In this document: positions 29,563 to 39,402 of the stretch, in pieces | How positions within the stretch are numbered: the first letter of the stretch is position 1 | Layout of the letters: every line of letters starts with the position of its first letter | NCBI GenBank assembly: GCA_963718965.1 | Contig: CAVRBJ010000002.1 | Span: forward strand, 7,936-71,935 | DNA: 64,000 nt | Reading direction: 5' to 3' | DNA from: an uncultured delta proteobacterium | GTDB taxonomy: Bacteria > Desulfobacterota > WTBG01 > CAIYCZ01 > CAIRTM01 | The notes under the pieces: model-generated | Databases searched by the model: none | What the model was told of the DNA's origin: nothing | The model's input: the letters and a program-made list of their open reading frames with translations, nothing else | Program-made: the position numbers and the translations under genes

Positions 29563-30267
29563 ATGGAAGATATTCTGACACAGCTGAACACCTATCTGCA
29601 GGGAGCACCGCTTCTGGCTCTGCCCGCAGCATATCTGGCTGGCGTGCTCACCAGCTTCACGCCCTGCGTCTATCCGCTCATCCCGATCACCATCGGCATC
29701 ATCGGCGCAAAAAGCAGCCAGACGCGCAAGCGAGGTTTTCTGCTCTCCCTTGTCTATGTGCTCGGCCTGTCGCTTGTCTACGCAGTGCTCGGGGCCATAG
29801 CAGCCCTGTCGGGCATGTTCTTCGGGCAGATCAGCACCAGCATGTGGGCCTATCTGATAGTGGGGAACCTGTTTTTCCTGTTCGGACTCTCCATGCTTGA
29901 CGTATTTTCTCTGCAATTCACTTTTTTGCAGAAATTGCACCCTTCGGCAAAGGGATCGGGCATGCTCACGGCTTTCATCTTCGGCGGGGTATCAGCCATC
30001 ATCGCAGGGCCCTGCACCACGCCGGTGCTGGGAACGCTGCTGGCATTTGTCGCCTCGCGGCAGAATGTGCTTCTGGGTTTCTCCATGCTCTTTTTGTTTG
30101 CCTTCGGCATGGGTTCTTTGCTAATTATTGTCGGCACATTTACAGGCCTGCTCTCAACCATCCCCAGGTCGGGCGCATGGATGATCACCATAAAAAAAGC
30201 TTTCGGCTTCCTGATGATCGGACTCGGGGAATACTTCATCCTGAAGGCAGGGCAATTAATGTTTTAA
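29563..30267 (+). CDS. ccdA: cytochrome c biogenesis protein CcdA (DsbD transmembrane-domain family)
   Basis: Intact 234-aa polytopic ORF with two conserved Cys contexts: LTSFTPCVYPLIPI and IAGPCTTPVLG. Confidence 0.85.
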   Translation: MEDILTQLNTYLQGAPLLALPAAYLAGVLTSFTPCVYPLIPITIGIIGAKSSQTRKRGFLLSLVYVLGLSLVYAVLGAIAALSGMFFGQISTSMWAYLIVGNLFFLFGLSMLDVFSLQFTFLQKLHPSAKGSGMLTAFIFGGVSAIIAGPCTTPVLGTLLAFVASRQNVLLGFSMLFLFAFGMGSLLIIVGTFTGLLSTIPRSGAWMITIKKAFGFLMIGLGEYFILKAGQLMF

Positions 30268-30278
30268 GGAGTTTCAGC

Positions 30279-30793
30279 ATGAAAAAAATCGTTTTAATCA
30301 TCGCAGCAGTATCTCTCCTATGCGCGTATGTACCGTCAGCATACTGCGCCGGCCCGGCCAAGCCCGTCGTCGGCATCATGAAAGGCCAGCTCGCGCCCGA
30401 CTTCACGCTCAAGGACATCGGAGGCAGGCAGGTATCGCTTGTCATCGGAAAAAAACAATGTTGTGTGCCTGGTCTTCTGGGCGACCTGGTGCCCCTACTG
30501 CGTCCGGGAAATTCCCACGCTATAAGGAGCTGCATGCAAAGTATGCTGCAAAGGGGCTTAAAATCCTTGCTATCAATATAGCTGCCAACGACCCCTTGCA
30601 GCGCGTCGAGGCTTTTCAGCAGAAAACGCAGCTGCCCTACCCCATACTCTATGATACTGCACAGGAGGTAAGCCGGCTTTACTATGTGACCGGCGTTCCC
30701 GTAAGCGTCATTATCGACCGCAAGGGCATTATACAGCACCGCGGCTATCAGCTGCCGGACAATGCCGATCAACTGATAGCGCAGCTGCTGTAA
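30279..30793 (+). CDS. TlpA/ResA-family thiol:disulfide oxidoreductase, two frame breaks near 30450 and 30510
   Basis: MKKIVLIIAAVSLLCAYVP signal (in ORF 30177..30581). A third-frame segment VCLVFWATWCPYCVREIPTL carries the WCxxC active site. ORF 30320..30793 supplies KELHAKYAAKGLKILAINI...VTGVPVSVIID. Confidence 0.8.
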
Positions 30794-30930
30794 CCCTGCG
30801 CATGCTTTCGATAACTATTTCAGATACTGTTTTCAATACTGCACTGTATACCTCTGAGTCGCTCAGACAGAGCCCTATAAATATAAGGCACCAAAACGCC
30901 GGACACGAACCTGCGGGCATATGGCAAGTT

Positions 30931-31008
30931 GTAGGCCGGACAAAGCGAAGCGTGTCCGGCACTGGCTGAAGCACCTAATAAAAAAACCGGGTTCTTTGTC
31001 CGGCCTAC
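30931..31008. repeat. REP/BIME-like palindromic element
   Basis: gtaggccggacaaag (30931-30945) has an inverted copy ctttgtccggcctac (30994-31008). A nested pair ccggacacg / cgtgtccgg lies at 30899 and 30951. The core GTAGGCCGGAcAAaGCG...CCGGC closely resembles enterobacterial REP consensus. Confidence 0.55.
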
Positions 31009-31033
31009 GGTTCATTTTTTTGTACCCTTTTCA

Positions 31034-31579
31034 ATGGGAAGCTGTACTAAGCATATGCCGCACCACTCCCCTCGCCCGCCATTTCCCTACTGCCCCTGGT
31101 GCAGGGGAGATTTGAGCGCGTCAGACCCGCACCGGCAGGTTTGCTCCGCGTGCGGATTCATTCTCTACCACAGCTCAAGCCCGTGCATGGGCGCCATTCC
31201 CGTGGACGAACAGGGCCGCGTGCTGCTTGCCCGCCGCGGCATTGAGCCTTTCTACGGCGACTGGAACACGATAGGCGGATTTCTGGGCTATCAGGAAGAA
31301 CCGCTCGACGGGCTCAAGCGTGAGGTACGGGAGGAGACCGGCGTTGAGTGCGACATACTGGAATGCATCACCATGGCTGCAGAGCAGTATGGCGATGGCG
31401 GCGCAGGACTCATGTGCTGTTATTTCACCGTTCGCCTGCTCCCGGGAACCATCAAACCACAGGATGATGTCAGCGAACTTGCATGGTTCAGCCTTGACAG
31501 CCTGCCAGACACTATACCCTTTGCAAGCGACCGCCGGGCTTTGGCAGTTCTCAGGGAAAGACGTTCAGGCAAAAAATGA
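31034..31579 (+). CDS. NUDIX hydrolase with an N-terminal zinc ribbon
   Basis: CPWC...CSAC ribbon followed by a Nudix box GGFLGYQEEPLDGLKREVREETGV. Its stop overlaps the mutS2 ATG (ATGA). Confidence 0.85.
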   Translation: MGSCTKHMPHHSPRPPFPYCPWCRGDLSASDPHRQVCSACGFILYHSSSPCMGAIPVDEQGRVLLARRGIEPFYGDWNTIGGFLGYQEEPLDGLKREVREETGVECDILECITMAAEQYGDGGAGLMCCYFTVRLLPGTIKPQDDVSELAWFSLDSLPDTIPFASDRRALAVLRERRSGKK

Positions 31580-34032
31580 ATGCTCACTGCCTTAAAGTAC
31601 TGGAGTTCGAGCGCATACGGGAATTTCTTGAAGCATTCGCCGCATCGCCCGGCGGACGGGTTGCCTGCCGAAGCGTTATGCCGCAGACCAGTCATACCGC
31701 AGTCGTACAGCTCCTGCAGGAAACGACAGAAATGCGCGACGAGCAGGACCTGCACGGCCCCCTTCCCCTGAGCGGCATCCACAGCATACGCACGGCCGTA
31801 GACCAGGCCCGGATGCACAATTACTATCTTGAGCCGGAACAACTGATCGAGATATGCGACACGCTTGAAACCGCCGATATAATCAGAAATTATTTCTCGG
31901 GCCATGCCGGCAGCAGGCCCCTGCTGCATGCCATAACAAGCCGGATTGCGCCCCTTGGCAGCATCACGCAGCGGCTCCGGGCAAGCATTTCAAGCCAGGC
32001 GGAGCTGCTTGACAGCGCAAGCCCTGAGCTTGCCGACATCAGGCTGCGAATAAAAAAACTGCGCTCCGGCATCATACGCGCCCTTGAGCATATGCTGGTC
32101 GATGTTGATCTGGCGACTTCCATACAGGACGACTTCATAACCCTGCGCAATAACCGCTATGTTATTCCTGTGCGCAGCGACAGCAAAAACAGCATACCCG
32201 GCGTCGTGCATGACCAGTCGCAGAGCAAAGCGACTTTTTTTGTCGAGCCCCTCTCCGTGGTCAATCAAAACAATGAACTGCAGGGGCTGCGCAAAGATGA
32301 ATATTACGAAGAAATAAGAATCCTCACCGAGCTCACCGGCCTCATTAATGCCAGCGGCCCTGAAATATGCTCAAACCTCGATATCATCGAGCGCATCGAC
32401 CTGATACATGCCAAAGCGCTGTTTGCCCGGGCCCTGCGGGCAACCTGCCCCGAGATCAACCAGGCTGGTGTCATCGGCCTTCGCGCCTGCAGGCATCCCA
32501 TACTGCTGTCACGCTTTATGGAAGACCCTGCAGCTGAGACTGACGGCAAACCGCTGGCTCCAACCGGCACCTGGGTGTTTGACCGCAGCGCCGTTGTTCC
32601 CATCGACTGCATGAAAAGCACGAAATCCTCCACCCTCATCATCACCGGCGCCAATGCAGGAGGCAAAACCGTTGCCATGAAAACCATCGGGCTTTTCGTG
32701 CTTATGGCGCAGGCAGGCATGCATTTACCAGTGGAGGCCCGCAGTACGATTGCCGTCTTTGACAGCGTATTTGCCGACATCGGCGACGAGCAGAACATGG
32801 AAACAAGCCTCAGCACTTTCTCGTCCCACATGAGCCAGATACAGGGCATAATCTCACACATTACGCCTGCATCGCTGGTGCTGCTCGACGAGCTCGGGTC
32901 GGGCACCGACCCGTCTGAGGGCGGAGCCCTTGCCGTGGCGATTCTTGATTTCCTGCGCAGGCACGGCTGCACCACCATCGTAACGACGCATCTCACTATC
33001 ATGAAAACCTATGCCTACAGCCGCAACGATGTCGAAAATGTATCGGTGGCATTCGACCCGGCAACGCTCAAGCCCAGCTACAGCCTGGTGTACGGCATGC
33101 CCGGCTTCAGCAATGCCATTGCGATTGCCCGCACCATCGGTATCCCGGAAGAAATTCTGCAGAGCGCCGGAGGCTATCTCGAAGGTGCCGACCGGCAGGT
33201 AGCTGAGCTGATCCACGGCCTTGAAAAAACCCAGAAAGAGCTCTCTGACAGCAAAGCTGTGCTGCGCACTGCTATCCGTCTGGCACAGAGATATCACAAT
33301 GCCGCTGAAAGCCTCCATGACGGCATGCATGACCAGCGCGAGAAAATCCTTAAAAACTTTGAAGCAAAAGCACGCAGCCTGCTGCGGCAAAGCGAGGACG
33401 AGCTTATGAAAATCATCAAAGATCAGAAAAAACGCACCGTCATCCGCCCCGATGACGACTTCAAGCAGGATGACGCCGCCCGCAAAGCGCTGACAGATGT
33501 TAAGAAAAAACTGCATGAGCAGTTCCCGAAAAAGGCCGGGCAGCATGAGCAGGTTGAGCGCATTGAGCATCTTGAAGCAGGCCAGTCCGTGATGGTTGTG
33601 CACCTGCACAAACAGGGCATTGTGATAAGCGCCGACAACGTGTCAAAAAAAGCCGAAGTGGCCATCGGCCCCATGCGCGTCAAAACCGTCTATCATGAGC
33701 TGATCCATGCGTCCGGGCCAGTCGGACAGGCCAAAGGAGCCGCTCCGAAAAAACCCGCAAAGACAACGGGTTCAACCGCTGAACCGGCATTCTCCCGCAA
33801 GGTAAATGTTATCGGCATGCGTGTCGAAGAGGCCCTGCCCGTGGTCGACAAGGCCGTCGATACGGCGCTGCTTGAAGGCGCAGACACCGTCGAAGTCATT
33901 CACGGCAGGGGTACAGGACGCCTGATGGCAGCCATTCATGAACATCTGAAAACGCATCCGTATGTTGCAGGTTTTGCCCAGGGCACGAACGCTGAAGGCG
34001 GATCAGGGCTAACCATTGTCCATATAAAGTAG
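31576..34032 (+). CDS. mutS2: endonuclease MutS2 (MutS domain V ATPase plus C-terminal Smr domain)
   Basis: Intact 818-aa ORF with Walker A ITGANAGGKTVAMKT, DELGSGTDP, and Smr domain VNVIGMRVEEAL...VIHGRGTGRL. Confidence 0.92.
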   Translation: MNAHCLKVLEFERIREFLEAFAASPGGRVACRSVMPQTSHTAVVQLLQETTEMRDEQDLHGPLPLSGIHSIRTAVDQARMHNYYLEPEQLIEICDTLETADIIRNYFSGHAGSRPLLHAITSRIAPLGSITQRLRASISSQAELLDSASPELADIRLRIKKLRSGIIRALEHMLVDVDLATSIQDDFITLRNNRYVIPVRSDSKNSIPGVVHDQSQSKATFFVEPLSVVNQNNELQGLRKDEYYEEIRILTELTGLINASGPEICSNLDIIERIDLIHAKALFARALRATCPEINQAGVIGLRACRHPILLSRFMEDPAAETDGKPLAPTGTWVFDRSAVVPIDCMKSTKSSTLIITGANAGGKTVAMKTIGLFVLMAQAGMHLPVEARSTIAVFDSVFADIGDEQNMETSLSTFSSHMSQIQGIISHITPASLVLLDELGSGTDPSEGGALAVAILDFLRRHGCTTIVTTHLTIMKTYAYSRNDVENVSVAFDPATLKPSYSLVYGMPGFSNAIAIARTIGIPEEILQSAGGYLEGADRQVAELIHGLEKTQKELSDSKAVLRTAIRLAQRYHNAAESLHDGMHDQREKILKNFEAKARSLLRQSEDELMKIIKDQKKRTVIRPDDDFKQDDAARKALTDVKKKLHEQFPKKAGQHEQVERIEHLEAGQSVMVVHLHKQGIVISADNVSKKAEVAIGPMRVKTVYHELIHASGPVGQAKGAAPKKPAKTTGSTAEPAFSRKVNVIGMRVEEALPVVDKAVDTALLEGADTVEVIHGRGTGRLMAAIHEHLKTHPYVAGFAQGTNAEGGSGLTIVHIK

Positions 34033-34060
34033 TAGGAGTCAGTAGCCAGAATTCAGAATA
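34031..34060. repeat. heptanucleotide-periodic repeat array (RKYCAGW type), copy H1
   Basis: agtagga gtcagta gccagaa ttcagaa, beginning at the last base of the mutS2 stop codon. It has the same orientation as H2 (34654-34680) and is inverted relative to H3 (34756-34795). Confidence 0.6.
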
Positions 34061-34178
34061 AAAGGCACAGGTTCTTCAAGGGTAGGCTGTGCCGACCATT
34101 ACATTGCAAAAATATTGGTGTGTGACGTCCGCTGTGGCGGAATGCACCTACTGTTTAGATAAAACAAGGAGGCTTTTC

Positions 34179-34637
34179 ATGCAGGAGATCAGCAGAGAGG
34201 AAATAAACCGCATTCTTGAAACCGAGCCCGACGGCATGCTCGGGCTGTGCGACAATGGCAGGCCATACTGCATACCCTTCGGATTTGTCTGGACAAACGA
34301 GGCGGTCTACCTGTCGCTTTTCCCGACGGGCCGCAAATGGGACTGCCTGCAGCGCAACCCGCAGGTTTGCTTCAGCCTCTACAGCTGGAACGAGGATCAT
34401 ACCCGATGGTCATCGGTTATCATTGAGGGCGAACTTACAGCCGTTAATGATATGTCTGAAATCGAGCTGATAATCAGGGCCAATATTGCCAAAATGGGGC
34501 TTGATCCTGAAGCCTATCTTGCACAACGCATTGAATACTACCGGGCCAACCGGGATAATCCCAAAGGGCTGAAAAGTTTCAGGATTAGACCCGCGTCGAT
34601 ACAGGGTCGTTCAATGGCGACACATATTGGAAAGTAA
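34179..34637 (+). CDS. pyridoxamine 5'-phosphate oxidase-family (flavin-binding split-barrel) protein
   Basis: AGGAGG lies 7 nt before the ATG at 34179. MQEISREEINRILETEPDGMLGLCDNGRPYCIPFGFVW...VCFSLY...VIIEGEL is typical of the PNPOx-like family. Confidence 0.7.
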   Translation: MQEISREEINRILETEPDGMLGLCDNGRPYCIPFGFVWTNEAVYLSLFPTGRKWDCLQRNPQVCFSLYSWNEDHTRWSSVIIEGELTAVNDMSEIELIIRANIAKMGLDPEAYLAQRIEYYRANRDNPKGLKSFRIRPASIQGRSMATHIGK

Positions 34638-34653
34638 CTAATTGGGGGGAATT

Positions 34654-34795
34654 GCAGAGTCAGTAGTCAGTAGTCAGTAGAAAAAAACAAATGTTAAAAA
34701 CATCGCCGGTTATTATTGCATGAAATCATAAAGCAAAATCTTTGAAGCCAATGTGTCTTCTATTCTGAATTCTGACTACTGAATTCTGGCTTCTT
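34654..34795. repeat. heptamer-array hairpin (H2 and inverted H3 around a ~75-nt spacer)
   Basis: H2 is gtcagta x3 (34658-34678). H3 is tcttctattctgaattctgactactgaattctggcttctt (34756-34795), whose reverse complement is GCCAGAA TTCAGTA GTCAGAA TTCAGAA. H3 is 40/40 identical to 57520-57559. Confidence 0.7.
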
Positions 34796-34851
34796 ACTAT
34801 AAAATACCCACAGATATTGTTGTAGAACCAAGACGTCTATTAAGGAGCCCT

Positions 34852-36370
34852 ATGAAAATCCAGGTAAAAAAAGGCTATATTGCCGCTGAACGGAGCGAGG
34901 CGGTTGTGGCGGGCGTATTTGAAGGCACAAAAAAACTTGCCGGCGCTGCAGCTGCCCTTGACTGGGCTGGGGGCGGTTTAATTTCCGGCATGCTCAAAAA
35001 CGGCGACTTCACGGGCAAATTGTGGAAAACCGCTGCCCTGTATCCCGATAAAGAGCTGCACCTGAAACGGATCGTACTGGTAGGGCTTGGAAAGGAAAAA
35101 GATTTCACCAGCGACAGGCTCCGGGGTGCAGCATCGGCGGCTGCACGGGCCGTGCGCGACCTTGGCGTTACAAGCATGCTGCTGCCCCTTGACTTTGCCA
35201 CTACGACATTCAGCTCTCACGACACAGCGCGGGCTCTCGTGGAAGGCGTGCTGCTCGGGCTGTATCAGTTTAAAGAATTTAAAACACAAAACAATGGCAA
35301 CGGCGGCAAGCCCTTCACGGCATGCACGCTGCTGGCAGGCACAGCCGCCGGCCTTGCGGCCGCAAAAAAAGGCGCGGCACATGCCCAGGTCCGTGTCGCA
35401 GGCGGTCTGCCTTGCCCGCGATCTTGTAAACAGGCCGTCAAACACGGCAACGCCGGGGCATCTTGCACAGGCGGCAAAATCGATAGCCGCGCAGCATGGC
35501 ATCACCTGCACGGTGCTGAACGGACAGCAGGCGAAAAAACTCGGCATGGGAGCTTTTTGCTCAGTGGCCCGCGGCAGCGATGAGCCTGCACGCTTTATCA
35601 TCCTTGACTACAAGCCGCACACGAAAAAAACCCCGCCCACCATCGTGCTCATCGGCAAAGCCATCACTTTCGACAGCGGCGGCATTTCAATTAAACCCTC
35701 ACAGGGCATGGAGGAAATGAAAACCGACATGGCAGGCGGCGCGGCAGTGCTCGGGGCCATGCAGGCGGCAGCGGCATTAAAACTCCCGGTGCATGTCGTG
35801 GGAATCGTACCGGCCACGGAAAACATGCCCAGCGGCCATGCTCTCAAGCCAGGTGACATCATAAAAGCCATGTCAGGCAAAACCATAGAAATAATCACCA
35901 CCGATGCCGAGGGCCGCCTCATTCTTGCCGACAGCCTTACCTATGCGCAGCGCTATAAGCCTGCGGCTATTATCGACCTCGCAACGCTTACCGGGGCATG
36001 CATCATTGCGCTGGGGCATGCTGCATCAGGCGTCATGAGCACGGATGAAAAACTGACGAAAAAAATTCAGGCCGCTGCTGAGGCAACCGGCGAAAAAGTC
36101 TGGCCTCTGCCGCTGTATGAAGAGTATGCAGAGCAGCTGAAAAGCGATGTGGCAGATCTTAAAAACTCAGGCGGCAGGCCTGCCGGCGCCATAACGGCAG
36201 GATGCTTTTTAAAGGAATTCGCCGGCACTATCCCCTGGGCTCATATCGACATTGCCGGCACGGCCTGGGCTGCAAAGCCCCTGCCCTACACGCCAAAGGG
36301 AGCCAGCGGTATCGGCGTCCGGCTGCTGGTGGAACTGATCGAACAGTGGGGAGATACCGCAGCGCTGTAG
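34852..36370 (+). CDS. pepA: leucyl aminopeptidase (M17), one frame break near 35385
   Basis: The N-terminal domain lies in ORF 34852..35583. The catalytic domain lies in ORF 35087..36370 with VCLARDLVNRPSN, KAITFDSGGISIKP, TTDAEGRLILAD and LATLTGAC. Confidence 0.9.
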
Positions 36371-36406
36371 CATCTGCGCCTGTTTTCAGCAGATCATGGT
36401 AATTGT

Positions 36407-37708
36407 TTGTATTCTGCTGCTCGGCTTTACCGCGGGGGGATGAGCATGAAAAGCGCTTTAAAAACGACATCAGCAGCAAACAGGCGGCGATTCGGCATTA
36501 CCGAGCTTCTGCACTATATCGGGCCGGGGCTTCTTGTGACCGTCGGGTTTATCGACCCGGGCAACTGGGCCGCAAACATGGCAGCCGGCTCACTGTTCGG
36601 CTATAAGCTGCTCTGGGTCGTGACGCTCTCGACCATCATGCTCATCTTCCTGCAGCACAATGCCGCGCATCTAGGCATCGCAACCGGCCTGTGCATTTCA
36701 GAAGCGGCAACCATCCATCTGCCCGCCCCTGTTTCCCGCCTGGTGCTGGGCTCTGCCGTAATTGCCTCAGTGTCCACGGCCCTTGCGGAAATACTGGGCG
36801 GGGCCATCGCCCTGAACATGCTGTTCAATATCCCCATCAGGGCAGGTGCTGTCATCATCACGGCACTGGTTCTGTGGATGCTGCTCTCAAACTCGTACAA
36901 CAGGCTTGAAAAACTCATCATCGGGTTCGTATCGCTTATCGGTTTGTCCTTTGTATTCGAACTGGCCCTGGTGAATATCGACTGGAGCACGGCCCTTCAC
37001 AGCTGGGTCATGCCGTCACTGCCCGATGGCTCCATTGTGATCGTCATGAGCGTACTGGGTGCTGTGGTTATGCCCCACAACCTGTTTCTCCATTCCGAAA
37101 TTATCCAGAGCAGGCAGTGGAATCTTGAAGACAGCGCCACGATAAAGCGTCAGCTCAGGTATGAATTCCTCGACACGCTTTTTTCAATGGGCGTCGGGTG
37201 GGCAATCAACAGCGCCATGATACTGGTGGCTGCAGCAACATTTTTCAGCAGATCGGTTGAAGTCACTCAGCTGCAGCAGGCGCAGGAAATGATGATACCC
37301 CTGCTTGGACAGGCGGCCTCAGTGGTATTTGCGCTGGCCCTTCTTTTTGCGGGCATTGCATCATCGGCAACTGCCGGCATTGCGGGCGGCTCGATCTTTG
37401 CCGGGATATACGGCAAGCCCTATGATGCCGCATCCCTTCAATCTCGCATCGGCGTGGGCATTACGCTCATCGGGGCTGTGATCATTATCTTTTTTGTAGA
37501 AAAACCTTTTCAGGGGCTGATCCTTTCGCAGGTGCTGCTCAGCGTCCAACTCCCGCTCACCGTTTTCCTCCAAATATACCTCACGTCATCGGCAAAGGTC
37601 ATGGGCCCGTATAAAAACTCGCTCCCCGACAGCATCATCCTGTGGCTCCTTGCCGCTATCGTTTCAGCGCTGAATGTTCTGCTTCTGGTGGATTTTCTCA
37701 AACAGTGA
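36407..37708 (+). CDS. mntH: NRAMP-family divalent metal (Mn2+/Fe2+) transporter
   Basis: Intact polytopic ORF with GPGLLVTVGFIDPGNWAANMAAGS and MPHNLFLHSE. The true start is probably the ATG at 36446 (MKSALK). Confidence 0.88.
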   Translation: MYSAARLYRGGMSMKSALKTTSAANRRRFGITELLHYIGPGLLVTVGFIDPGNWAANMAAGSLFGYKLLWVVTLSTIMLIFLQHNAAHLGIATGLCISEAATIHLPAPVSRLVLGSAVIASVSTALAEILGGAIALNMLFNIPIRAGAVIITALVLWMLLSNSYNRLEKLIIGFVSLIGLSFVFELALVNIDWSTALHSWVMPSLPDGSIVIVMSVLGAVVMPHNLFLHSEIIQSRQWNLEDSATIKRQLRYEFLDTLFSMGVGWAINSAMILVAAATFFSRSVEVTQLQQAQEMMIPLLGQAASVVFALALLFAGIASSATAGIAGGSIFAGIYGKPYDAASLQSRIGVGITLIGAVIIIFFVEKPFQGLILSQVLLSVQLPLTVFLQIYLTSSAKVMGPYKNSLPDSIILWLLAAIVSALNVLLLVDFLKQ

Positions 37709-37734
37709 CGCATGTGTCATGTTGTCTACCACGC

Positions 37735-39402
37735 CTACAACTTCAGCACTTCACAGTCTTTGATCATTGAAAGCGCCTCGTCGGCTGACTGAGCGGTTTT
37801 GAGCATCTGCAGCAGGTGCCGGTTCCGTGCGGCTTCGGCGGCAAGCCCGAGTATCTGGACATGGGTGCTTGAATCTTGCGCAGGCGTCAGGATCAAAAAA
37901 ACACATTCTATGGGCTTATCGGTTTTTACATCAGCCACACCCTGCTTTGTTATGCCGATGGCGATTATCGGCGCATGCAATACTGTCAATACGCGCATGG
38001 GGAAATGCCACTGCTTCATTAAAAAACGTTGAGCCCTGATTCTCGCGCTCAAGCACTGAAGCCAGGATATCTTCATAGCTGGCGTCAGTGCCTGTGCAGG
38101 ATGCTTTTACAAGCCTTGCAATTATTTCCTGCTTTGTTACCGCATGCTCCCGCATCACAATGCGCTCCGCAGCTAAAAGGCTGCTCAGCGTAAGGCTGGC
38201 CGCCGGGTTCGGTTATCGCCCCTGCAGTCGTAATCACTGGCGGTTCTTCTGCAGGCTTGGGCATAGCAGCTTCCCCTTTGCGGGTATCAAATACCACAAT
38301 CGTAATGCCGCGCGCGGCTTCCGTCAGGCGCTGTACAATGGTCTTGCTGCCAAGCAGCTTCTGCCAGAGCGACTGATGTCTCGGGCTGCCGATGACAATA
38401 TGACCGACACGATACTCACGGGCAAAGCGCAGTATGGTATCGACAACATCCTCTCCCTTGTAGGTGAAGACCATGGCTCCGAGCTGTTTTGCCAGGGTGA
38501 GCGTTCCTGAAAGTTGGCGCTGAACGCTTGAGTCTATGGCCGTGGGATCTTCACGCGGAGTCTGGACATATACGGCATACCAGTTGCGGTTGAGCTTTCC
38601 TGCAAGCCGCGATGCATACCGCAGCAGCATCTCGCTGTTGGGCCCGTTTGAGCTGAGGCAGGCCATGATCTGGTCGGGGGCAATGGTTGCTTCCTCCTCA
38701 AGCGGCTCACGCCTGCGGTAATCAATCTGGGAGGCAAGCTCCCGCAGGGTGAGCTCCCGGAGCTGCTCAAGATTATTGGTGATGAAAAAATTTCCAAGGG
38801 CCGTTTCGATGCGCGATTGGGGATAAATTTTACCTTCCCGTAGACGCTGCTGAAGGTCTTCCGTGGCAAGATCGATATTGACGATCTGGTCAGCTTCGGC
38901 AAGCACGGAATCCGGGAGCCGCTCACGCACCTTCACTTGAATGGACTTTTCAATCGTGTCGTACAGGCTCTCCAGATGCTGAACATTCATGGTGGTGATG
39001 ACATGAATCCCCACGGAGAGCAGATCTTCAATATCCTGATAGCGTTTTGCATTACGACTGCCGGGCACATTGGTGTGGGCCATTTCATCGATGAGCGCGA
39101 CGCCCGGCCTGCGGGCGATGATGGCGTCCACATCCATCTCTTCGACCGTGATGCCCCGGTACTCCTGCCTCAGGCGCGGGATAACTTCAAGCCCTTCGAT
39201 GAGCTGCGCGGTTTCAGCCCGTCCATGGGTTTCCACCAGGCCCACGACAACATCGATGCCTTCATTTTTAAGACGATGGCCCTTCCTGCAACATTTGATA
39301 GGTCTTGCCGACGCCGGCGCAGTACCCCAGATACACTTTCAGTTTGCCGCGTTGCGAGTGTCGTATCAACCGTAAAAAAGAGCTTGTTTTATCTTCCGCC
39401 AT
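37735..39402 (-). CDS. KdpD N-terminal sensor domain / Usp domain protein fused to a PTS EIIA type-2 (PtsN-like) domain; no histidine-kinase domain; three frame breaks near 39270, 38205, 37965
   Basis: The hand-translated start [41 protein letters not shown] joins ORF 38085..39245 (VETHGRAET, DEMAHTNVPGSRN, NVQHLESL, then a Usp-like IMACLSSNGPNSE...GHIVIGSP). After a PKPAEEPP linker it continues as LSSLLAAERIVMREHAVTKQEIIARLV...NEAVAFPHARIDSI (ORF 37931..38158) and APIIAIGITKQGV...ECVFLILTP...HVQILGLAAE (ORF 37735..38076). Its start overlaps the kdpC end. Confidence 0.75.

Noticed and set aside
34031-34795. Heptamer arrays (also 24501-24556, 54597-54673, 57418-57559) considered as CRISPR arrays.
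   Set aside because: Units are 7 nt and contiguous, with no 24-40-nt repeats separated by unique spacers. There are no cas genes in the window.
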